Part shown: piece after piece, positions 56,880 to 64,000 of the stretch | Numbering within the stretch: position 1 is the stretch's first letter | How the letters are laid out: each line of letters opens with the position of its first letter | Assembly (NCBI GenBank): GCA_009777535.1 | Contig: WRLP01000001.1 | Location: 47,631-111,630, forward strand | Source: Treponema sp. | GTDB taxonomy: Bacteria; Spirochaetota; Spirochaetia; Treponematales; Breznakiellaceae | Direction: 5' to 3' | Length of the DNA: 64,000 nucleotides | The notes under the pieces: model-generated | What the model was told of the DNA's origin: nothing | The model's database searches: none | What the model saw: only the letters and a program-made list of their open reading frames with translations | Translations under genes and position numbers: made by a program

Positions 56880-58604
56880 TTATGACTTCCCGATTATCGC
56901 CTCGTAGTTTTTTAACAGGACGCCGTTTTCGCTCATGATAAAGTCGCGGCTGGCTTTCACCCTTAAAGGCATTTTTGCGATAAAGACAGCCGCCGCTTTT
57001 TGCTTGCGTTCACTGTGGTTCCCGTCGCGAAGGAGCAGGTAGCTCAGGATAAGGTCAGTCGCCATTTCGACAAGCCTGCCGGAATGGTAGGTGAGGAACT
57101 GCCCATGTCCTTCGAAGGTTTTCGCATAATTAAGGGCTTCGTCGAAATATGTTCTGGCTTCCCGCACTTTCGCAAGCAAATCCGGGCTGTGGGAATAATC
57201 CGAGCGGTCATATTCGTCAAGGATCATTCCCGCTGTTCCCGATGTTACCGGCCCTATGGCGGCGACAACCTGAAGCTGTGTTGTCCCCTCATAAATGTTG
57301 GTAATCCTGGCGTCACGGTAATGCCGTTCCGCATTGAATTCCTTCATGTAACCCGTGCCGCCATGAATCTGAATAGCATCATAGGCAACCTTGTTGGCCA
57401 TTTCGGTTGTGTAGGCCTTTGCCACAGGTGTAAATAGGTTTGCCAGTTTCGCGTACTTCTTTTTTTCTTCGACTACGCTGCCTTTTTCTTCAGGGTGCTT
57501 TTCCGAGTAATCTTCCAGAACTTCCTTTAAGTCCACAAAACGCGCAGTTTCGTATAACAGGCTTCGGCCTGCCTCCAGCGCGACTTTCATTTCTGTGAGC
57601 ATTTCGAAAACCGGAGGCAGTTCCCGCACAGGCGCGCCGAACTGAATGCGTTTGGCAGCGTAGAGATCGGCTTCGCGGTAGGCAGCCTCGGCGATACCAA
57701 CCGCCTGAGCGGCAATTCCCAGGCGGGCATTGTTCATGAGCCACAGCGTGTACTTTGTAAGCCCCCGCTGCCTTTCGCCCAGCAATTCCGCCGGCGCGCG
57801 GTTAAACTGGAGTTCGCAGGTGGGGGAACCGTGAATACCCAGCTTATGCTCGAGCCGCCTAATAAGCATCTTGTCGTCGCGCTTGTAAATAAAAAAGGAA
57901 AGTCCGCGCGCGCCCTTGCCTTTTTCTTCACTGCGTGCGAGGACAAGGCCGATGGTTCCGCAGCCGTTGGTGATAAAGCGTTTAACGCCGGAAAGGTACC
58001 ACTTGCCGTCGCTGTCCTGTACGGCTTTCAGGTTAACCGCCTGAAGATCGCTGCCTGCATCGGGCTCGGTAAGTATCATCGAGGAATCCCATTCGCCTGA
58101 ACAAAGTTTCGGAAGATAGATTTTTTTCTGTTCTTCCGATGCAAATTTATTGATTGTTTCGGCAATGTCCTGCTGCAGCCCGAAATTAAGAAACGAAGCG
58201 TCCGCCCTTGCGACTATCTCCGCCGCAAAGCACAGAATCGTACTTGGCATATTAAGGCCGCCATACCGCCTTGGCACCGCAAAGCCCATCATGTCGGCTT
58301 TGGCCAGCATATCCAGCGCCTTCTGCGTAGCCGGGTTTAATGTTACAGTGTTACTCGATATGTCAAGGACAGGGCCGGTTTCATCTACCGAAGGGGCATT
58401 TGGAGCGATGAACTCACCGCTAATCTCGCCGATTATTGAAAGCACCATGCGGTAGGAATCACGGGCATCGGCGGCGTCCTTCGGCGCATGGGGGTATTCC
58501 TTTGCCTGCTCAAAATTATCTTCCTTCATCTGTATGATCCGATCCAGATCAAGATGTTCAAGATGGAAAAGAATATCTTCGTTATCGGTTAAAAAGTTTT
58601 CCAT
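56880..58604 (-). CDS. Acyl-CoA dehydrogenase (long form)
   Basis: 574 aa. The ACAD middle and C-terminal domain motifs are present (SMILTEPDAGSD, YEGTTQLQ). It is adjacent to etfAB. Confidence 0.85.
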   Translation of the reverse strand: MENFLTDNEDILFHLEHLDLDRIIQMKEDNFEQAKEYPHAPKDAADARDSYRMVLSIIGEISGEFIAPNAPSVDETGPVLDISSNTVTLNPATQKALDMLAKADMMGFAVPRRYGGLNMPSTILCFAAEIVARADASFLNFGLQQDIAETINKFASEEQKKIYLPKLCSGEWDSSMILTEPDAGSDLQAVNLKAVQDSDGKWYLSGVKRFITNGCGTIGLVLARSEEKGKGARGLSFFIYKRDDKMLIRRLEHKLGIHGSPTCELQFNRAPAELLGERQRGLTKYTLWLMNNARLGIAAQAVGIAEAAYREADLYAAKRIQFGAPVRELPPVFEMLTEMKVALEAGRSLLYETARFVDLKEVLEDYSEKHPEEKGSVVEEKKKYAKLANLFTPVAKAYTTEMANKVAYDAIQIHGGTGYMKEFNAERHYRDARITNIYEGTTQLQVVAAIGPVTSGTAGMILDEYDRSDYSHSPDLLAKVREARTYFDEALNYAKTFEGHGQFLTYHSGRLVEMATDLILSYLLLRDGNHSERKQKAAAVFIAKMPLRVKASRDFIMSENGVLLKNYEAIIGKS

Positions 58605-58615
58605 TGTTATCTCCC

Positions 58616-59629
58616 CTATACTCTGGCCTTGTATGCCTTGATCATCCGTGGAATGACTTCGTTCAGATCCCCGACAATGCCATAATGGGCAATGCTGAAA
58701 ATGGGCGCTTCCGGATCGCTGTTAATTGCAATGATCCTTGCCGAATTGTCCATACCAGCCCTGTGCTGAATTGCCCCCGAAATGCCGCACGCGATGTAGA
58801 GCTTGGGGCGTACCGTAGTTCCCGTCTGCCCCACCTGGTGTTCCTTCCCGATAAAGCCCGCATCTACCGCGGCGCGGGAACCTCCCACTTCAGCGCCGAG
58901 GGTCTGCGCAAGTTCGCGTATCAATGCGAAATTGTCCCTGCTTCCAACGCCGAAGCCCCCCGACACTATAATTTGCGCCCCTTTAAGGTTAACGGTTTTT
59001 TCTTCCAGTACCTGGCTGATAATCTCCGTGGGGAAATCATCCTTCCCCAGAGCGGCGGCAACTTTAACAGTTTCCGCTTTTCGCGAAATGTCAGGCTCGC
59101 CCATGCGCATAACGCCTTCGCGGACAGTGGCCATCTGCGGTTTTTTTTCGGGGCAGACAATCGTGGCGATGATGTTGCCGCCGAAAGCCGGCCGTATCTG
59201 ATAGAGAATGTCTTTGTATTCAGTTTCTTTTTGGGTATGGTCTCCAATTCTAAGGTCTGTGCAGTCGGCGGTAAGCCCCACTTTAAGGAATGACGCAACA
59301 CGCGGGGCAAGATCACGACCCTCCGTGGTTGCCCCAAAAAGAACGATCTGCGGTTTGTACTGCGAGATTACCTGAATCATCAGCTTGCTGTACGGAATCG
59401 GAGTGTACAATTTAAGGCGGGGATCTTCGGCCAGGTAAACCCTGTCTGCGCCAAAGCCTGCAAGGCGTTTGACTTCTTCCCCCGCCTTTTCGCAGAAAAG
59501 GGATGCGCTCACCGTTACGCCCAACTTATCCGCCAGATCCCTCGCCTTGCAGACAAGTTCCAGGCTCACTTCCGCCGCCCGTCCGCCATTTTGCTGAATA
59601 TAAACCATTACGCTGTTTTCTGTATTCAT
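58616..59629 (-). CDS. etfA: Electron transfer flavoprotein alpha subunit
   Basis: It has the C-terminal FAD-binding region (VGQTGTTVRPKLYIACGISGAIQH). The ATG at 59629 is preferred over the TTG at 59647. Confidence 0.85.
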   Translation of the reverse strand: MNTENSVMVYIQQNGGRAAEVSLELVCKARDLADKLGVTVSASLFCEKAGEEVKRLAGFGADRVYLAEDPRLKLYTPIPYSKLMIQVISQYKPQIVLFGATTEGRDLAPRVASFLKVGLTADCTDLRIGDHTQKETEYKDILYQIRPAFGGNIIATIVCPEKKPQMATVREGVMRMGEPDISRKAETVKVAAALGKDDFPTEIISQVLEEKTVNLKGAQIIVSGGFGVGSRDNFALIRELAQTLGAEVGGSRAAVDAGFIGKEHQVGQTGTTVRPKLYIACGISGAIQHRAGMDNSARIIAINSDPEAPIFSIAHYGIVGDLNEVIPRMIKAYKARV

Positions 59630-59639
59630 TGTATCCGCC

Positions 59640-60509
59640 CTATCCAAAAGTATGATCCGCTATTAGATCGTGGATCAGTTCCGTAACGCCTGCCTCGCCC
59701 GGATCAATGTATCTGATGTCGGCGGCGGTCAGAACTACGGAATTGATATGCTTCACCTTTGTCGGAGAACCGGAAAGGCCGCACTGAAGCGGATCGGCGT
59801 TAATGGCCTGAATATCCCAGAGGGCCATCGGGTTTGCAGCCTGGGTTTCTTCCGCAAACGGATCGTTAGGTGATCCGGTGCCAGTGGAAACCGGAGCCGC
59901 TCTTTTATAGGCAAGAGCCTTAATCGCAGATGGAAGCCTCGGCGTTTCTCCCTCTTCTGTAAAGGTAATAAGAACAGGCAATTTTGCCCTTACCTTTTCC
60001 CACCCGCCTTCTATCGAACGTATTGCAGTGATTTCTTTTTTGTTTGGATCCAGAGCTTCGATTTTGGAAACGCATGTTATCTGATTAATGCCAAGTTTTT
60101 CAGCGGTCTGGGGGCCGACCTGGGCTGTGTCCCCGTCGATTGCCTGGCGCCCGCATAACACAATATCATAATCGCCGATTTTATTGATGGCGCATTTTAG
60201 CGCATAAGATGTGGCTAGAGTATCCGCTCCCGCAAAGCCGCGGTCAGAAACAAGGGCGGTAAAATCCGCGCCCCTGTAAAGACATTCTTTAAGTACAGCC
60301 GCGGCCGCCGGAGGGCCCATCGTTATCACGTTGACCCTTGTGCCGGCAATTGCGTCCTTGATCAGCAGGGCAGCCTCCAGGGCATAAAGGTCGTCGGGGT
60401 TAAAAACCGCCGGCAGTGCCGCCCTGTTTACCGTGCCCTCCGGCGTCATTGCCTCGCCGGTTATATTCTTGGTGTCAGGCACCTGTTTTACCAGAACTAT
60501 CACGTTCAT
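59640..60509 (-). CDS. etfB: Electron transfer flavoprotein beta subunit
   Basis: MNVIVLVKQVPDT...NPDDLYALEAAL...VLCGRQAIDGDTAQVGP. Confidence 0.9.
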   Translation of the reverse strand: MNVIVLVKQVPDTKNITGEAMTPEGTVNRAALPAVFNPDDLYALEAALLIKDAIAGTRVNVITMGPPAAAAVLKECLYRGADFTALVSDRGFAGADTLATSYALKCAINKIGDYDIVLCGRQAIDGDTAQVGPQTAEKLGINQITCVSKIEALDPNKKEITAIRSIEGGWEKVRAKLPVLITFTEEGETPRLPSAIKALAYKRAAPVSTGTGSPNDPFAEETQAANPMALWDIQAINADPLQCGLSGSPTKVKHINSVVLTAADIRYIDPGEAGVTELIHDLIADHTFG

Positions 60510-60688
60510 GCTGAGACCTCCATGAAACCATCATAGTAACAAGATCGCGAATAAACAAGTAGACAAAAATGAAAACTTTGTCAATATAAAAGGCGGTAGG
60601 TTGTTAAAAGAGTAGAATTAATGCGGGCTGGTGCTTGCACCTTTTTGTAAATTTTTAGTCAAAAGGTTTAAATTTTATAAAATAAATG

Positions 60689-60697
60689 TGATATAAT
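60689..60697 (+). promoter_or_regulatory. Candidate extended -10 promoter element (TGaTATAAT) for the FN3 lipoprotein gene
   Basis: TGATATAAT at 60689-60697. An AAGGAG RBS at 60744-60749 lies 6 nt before the ATG at 60756. Confidence 0.4.
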
Positions 60698-60755
60698 CGC
60701 CATAAGAGGAAGCTTGGGTTTTTGAAAGATTATTCGAATAAAAAAGGAGCAAATT

Positions 60756-63700
60756 ATGAGAAACAGTATTGTTATTGACAAAGGAGACGGTAGTATGGTA
60801 AACTGCAATAGACCAGTCCCCAGTCCCCAGTCCCCAGTCCCCAGTCCCCAGTCCCCAGTCCACTTCAAAAATAGTAGATTCTTTGCAATTCTTGCTGTTT
60901 TAGCACTGACTCTGGCGTTTATTGGCTGTCCGGACGACGGCGGCAGCGGGAGCGGCTCCAGCGAAAAAATCATTGACAGTATATCTATCACGATGCCGGA
61001 CAAGGAATTTTTCGTCATTGATGAAGATTTAGATGAAGCAGCCCTGCGGCTCCTGTTTGAAGACTTCGTAATAACTGTCAATTACGTTGATGGTACGAGC
61101 CAGCTTGTTGGGATTGAAAACTGTGTTGTTACAGGTTTTGATCCTGATAAAGAAGGCGAACAAGAAATAACCATAAGATATGGGGGCAGAGGCGGCAAAA
61201 GTGTAACCTTTACAGTATACGTTTACTCCGCCGAAAATTTTGTTCCCGTAGAAGGAATCAGTCTTGATAAAACAGAGATTACGATACCTGCCGGCGGTTC
61301 TGAAACCCTTGAACCGTTATTTGATCCCGATGACGCAACCGAAAAGCGCGTAAGGTGGGAGAGCGATAATCCCGCTCTTGCCGCCGTTGACGCTTACGGC
61401 GTCATCACTGTACCGGAAGGGGCTGCGGGAGGCACCGCAGTCATAACCGTAACCACCGTTGACGGCGGTCATCAGGCAGCATGTGTTGTTACCGTGACGA
61501 CAGACGGTGAGCCCGTACAGGACCTTGAAGACCTGGCTGTGGATTTAACAGCCGGAGACGGCAGGGTAACGCTTGCTCCGCAGGCGGCAGCAGAAGGTTT
61601 CGTCTTTTATTACAATAAGAGCGCTGCCCCTGTTGCGGCGCCGGCTTACGGTGCGGCGATCACTACAATTACAGGAGCTGCCGTATACATCACTGTAACA
61701 GACATTGCCGGAACGAACGGCACGCCAATATTCGTACAGGTTTACAAGGTAGAAACAACGGATAATACTATAACAGGCTTTGGGCAGAATGATGCAACGC
61801 CGGTAACGACTCCGTCGGCGCCCGGCAGCTTTACGGCAACAGCGGGTAATGCCCAGGTTATTCTTACATGGGTGAAGTCCGGCGACGGCGGCAGCGTGAT
61901 TACGAAGTATCAGTATTCCTATGGTGCTGCAGGCGGCTATACGCAAAACTGGATTGACATTCCCGGCTCTAACGCAGATACCACTACCTGCACTGTAACC
62001 GGTCTTGCGAATGGCACAAGCTACACATTTGAAGTGCGAGCGATTAACGCCATTGGAAACGGCGCAAGCTCCGGTACACAGACAGCGGCGCCTACGCCGG
62101 CTGCGACAGAACCGGCGCCGCCCAGCGGCTTTACGGTAACTGTGGGCAACGCTCAGGTTACGCTTTCATGGACAACGCCCAGCAATGGCGGCAGCGCGAT
62201 TACAAAGTATCAGTATTTATACAATCCTGGTTCGCCAACATGGACGGACATTCCCGGTTCAGGGCCGGGCACTACGAGCTATACTGTAACAAGCCTGACT
62301 AACGGCACAAGTTACACTTTCGAGGTGCGCGCAGTTAATGCCATTGGTAACGGGACAAGCTCCGGCCAGCAAATAGCAACGCCGGCAACAACGCCCGCTG
62401 CGCCAGGCAGCTTTACGGCAGTGTCTGGCAATGGTCAGGTTACGCTTTCATGGGCAACGCCCAACAATGGCGGCAGTGTGATTACAAAGTACCAGTATTC
62501 TTATGGTGCTGCAGGCGGTTATACGCAAAACTGGACTGACATTCCCGGCTCTAACGTAGAGGCCACGAGCTATACTGTAACAAGCCTGACTAACGGCACA
62601 AGTTACACCTTTGAAGTGCGCGCGGTGAATGCCATTGGAAACGGCGCAAGCTCCGGCACACAGACAGCGACGCCTACGCCGGATGCGACAGTACCGGCGG
62701 CGCCCGGCGGCTTTACGGCAGTGCCGGGTAACAGTCAGGTTACGCTTACTTGGACGACGCCCGGTAACGGCGGCAGCGCGATTACAAAGTACCAGTATTC
62801 TTATGGTGCTGCAGGCGGTTATACGCAAAACTGGACTGACATTCCCGGCTCTAACGTAGAGACCACGAGCTATACTGTAACAAGCCTAACTAACGGCACA
62901 AGTTACACCTTTGAAGTGCGCGCGGTGAATGCCATTGGAAACGGCGCAAGCTCCGGCATACAGACAGCGACGCCTACACCGGCTGCGACAGCACCAGCGG
63001 CGCCCGGCGACTTTACGGCAGTGCCAGGTAACAGTCAGGTTACGCTTACATGGACGATGCCCAGTGACGGCGGCAGCGCGATTACAAAGTATCAGTATTT
63101 GTATGTTCCTGGTTTATCGACATGGACTGACATTCCCGGTTCAGGTGCAGGTACTACTAGTTATATAGTAACAGGCCTCGCAAACGGCACAAGTTACGCC
63201 TTTGAGATCCGCGCGGTAAATGCAGTGGGAAATAGCACAAGTTCCGGCTCGCAAACGGCAATGCCGGCAACAACGCCTTCAGCTCCTATCGGTTTAACAG
63301 CAACGCCGGGTGCCGGGCAGGTTACACTTTCGTGGGCGACGCCAAACAACGGTGGCAGCGCGATTATAAAGTATCAGTATTTGTATGTTCCTGGTTTATC
63401 AACATGGGCTGACATTCCAGATTCAGGTGCAGGCACTATAAGTTATATAGTAACAGGCCTCGTAAACGATACAAGTTATACCTTTGAGGTTCGCGCGGTA
63501 AACGCGGCTGGCAATGGAACAACTTCCGGCCAGCAGACAGCTACGCCTACACCGGATGCGACAGTACCGGCGGCGCCCGGCAGCTTTACGGCAATGCCAG
63601 GTAACAGTCAGGTTACGCTTACATGGGCGACGCCCGGTGACGGCGGCAGCGCGATTACGAAGTATCAGTATTTATATAATCCTGGTTCGCCAACATGGAC

Positions 63701-64000
63701 GGACATTCCAGGTTCAGGGCCGGGCACCACGAGCTATACTGTAACAAGTTTAACAAATGGTACAAGTTACACTTTTGAAGTTCGTGCGGTGAATGCCATT
63801 GGTAACGGTGAAAGCTCCGGCCAGCAACAAGCGACGCCGGCAACAACCCCTTCCGCGCCAGGCAGCTTTACGGCAGTGCCGGGTAATGGTCAGGTTGTTC
63901 TTTCATGGGCTGCCCCTTCAAATAACGGTGGGTCGGCTATTACCGGTTACGAAGTTTCAAGCAACAGTGGCGGGACATGGGTATCGGCCTCAAGCGATAC
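60756..64000 (+). CDS. Large surface lipoprotein with a Big_2 Ig-like domain and at least 8 tandem fibronectin type III repeats (partial, runs off the right edge)
   Basis: I translated it by hand and the frame is open from the ATG at 60756 to the window end. It has no stop, so it is absent from the ORF track. Lipobox LAFIGC; Big_2 at ~61245-61500; FN3 units such as APGSFTA..GN.QV.L.W..P..GGS.ITKYQY...SYTFEVRAVNAIGNG. Confidence 0.85.
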   Translation, partial: MRNSIVIDKGDGSMVNCNRPVPSPQSPVPSPQSPVHFKNSRFFAILAVLALTLAFIGCPDDGGSGSGSSEKIIDSISITMPDKEFFVIDEDLDEAALRLLFEDFVITVNYVDGTSQLVGIENCVVTGFDPDKEGEQEITIRYGGRGGKSVTFTVYVYSAENFVPVEGISLDKTEITIPAGGSETLEPLFDPDDATEKRVRWESDNPALAAVDAYGVITVPEGAAGGTAVITVTTVDGGHQAACVVTVTTDGEPVQDLEDLAVDLTAGDGRVTLAPQAAAEGFVFYYNKSAAPVAAPAYGAAITTITGAAVYITVTDIAGTNGTPIFVQVYKVETTDNTITGFGQNDATPVTTPSAPGSFTATAGNAQVILTWVKSGDGGSVITKYQYSYGAAGGYTQNWIDIPGSNADTTTCTVTGLANGTSYTFEVRAINAIGNGASSGTQTAAPTPAATEPAPPSGFTVTVGNAQVTLSWTTPSNGGSAITKYQYLYNPGSPTWTDIPGSGPGTTSYTVTSLTNGTSYTFEVRAVNAIGNGTSSGQQIATPATTPAAPGSFTAVSGNGQVTLSWATPNNGGSVITKYQYSYGAAGGYTQNWTDIPGSNVEATSYTVTSLTNGTSYTFEVRAVNAIGNGASSGTQTATPTPDATVPAAPGGFTAVPGNSQVTLTWTTPGNGGSAITKYQYSYGAAGGYTQNWTDIPGSNVETTSYTVTSLTNGTSYTFEVRAVNAIGNGASSGIQTATPTPAATAPAAPGDFTAVPGNSQVTLTWTMPSDGGSAITKYQYLYVPGLSTWTDIPGSGAGTTSYIVTGLANGTSYAFEIRAVNAVGNSTSSGSQTAMPATTPSAPIGLTATPGAGQVTLSWATPNNGGSAIIKYQYLYVPGLSTWADIPDSGAGTISYIVTGLVNDTSYTFEVRAVNAAGNGTTSGQQTATPTPDATVPAAPGSFTAMPGNSQVTLTWATPGDGGSAITKYQYLYNPGSPTWTDIPGSGPGTTSYTVTSLTNGTSYTFEVRAVNAIGNGESSGQQQATPATTPSAPGSFTAVPGNGQVVLSWAAPSNNGGSAITGYEVSSNSGGTWVSASSD
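60813..60861 (+). repeat. Perfect heptanucleotide tandem repeat (CCAGTCC)x7 inside the 5' coding region
   Basis: It is 49 nt, counted base by base. It lies between the start codon and the signal-peptide hydrophobic core and lipobox. Confidence 0.9.
61818..64000 (+). repeat. Tandem ~275-300-bp coding repeats (FN3 modules), several with long identical nucleotide stretches
   Basis: Unit starts are near 61818, 62115, 62398, 62698, 62998, 63283, 63579 and 63853. For example, 62508-62560 and 62808-62860 are nearly identical. Confidence 0.85.

Noticed and set aside
58604-59337. ORFs 58604-59293(+), 58803-59201(+) and 58966-59337(-) overlapping etfA
   Set aside because: They are antisense or off-frame to a clearly recognisable EtfA gene.
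60668-61081. Minus-strand ORFs encoding GDWGLGTGDWGLGTG repeats
   Set aside because: They are reverse-strand readings of the heptanucleotide repeat. The plus-strand gene has an RBS, a lipoprotein signal and recognisable domains.
61545-63846. Regularly spaced repeats considered as a possible CRISPR array, and several Arg-rich ORFs in the track
   Set aside because: The repeat period is ~290 bp with no short repeat/unique spacer organisation. The repeats encode FN3 modules in one continuous open frame, and the listed ORFs are off-frame artefacts.

Overview
This 64 kb window of about 50% GC is densely coding. Its gene content looks spirochete-like (Treponema or Spirochaetaceae), but that is an inference only and no database was searched.

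Gene content, left to right:
- An mglB-mglA-mglC-type sugar ABC operon on the minus strand.
- tRNA-Gly(CCC).
- A glycoside/amino-sugar utilisation locus: GatZ/KbaZ-like protein, CUT1 ABC binding protein plus two permeases, GH4 glycosidase, ROK regulator, BadF-type kinase, AgaS-like SIS isomerase and a HAD phosphatase.
- A long minus-strand block: rpsP, KH protein, rimM, trmD, rplS, a FliK-like protein, an FlhB-C-like protein, HD-GYP, YraN and GGDEF.
- An AGCS symporter, pssA-psd, a CBM48-like secreted protein, and a 1,059-aa acidic TPR protein.
- A tiny Cys-rich protein and a second CUT1 ABC set.
- A hicAB module whose toxin gene is interrupted.
- The standout feature: an 11-gene, about 24 kb, translationally coupled plus-strand operon (33051-56879). 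It encodes three lipoproteins, a TolC-like channel, an MFP adaptor, two Ig-like lipoproteins, two divergent RND pumps, a 3,092-aa giant protein with a Sec signal and a C-terminal papain-like Cys/His domain, and a small secreted protein.
- An acyl-CoA dehydrogenase with etfBA.
- A large lipoprotein gene (Big_2 domain plus tandem FN3 repeats) that runs off the right edge. It has no stop in the window, so it is absent from the ORF track. It carries a perfect 7 x 7-nt repeat in its 5' coding region.

Two copies of a conserved element were also seen, with a covarying long-range helix. One copy lies immediately upstream of the giant operon.

No rRNA, CRISPR array, transposase or integrase was seen.
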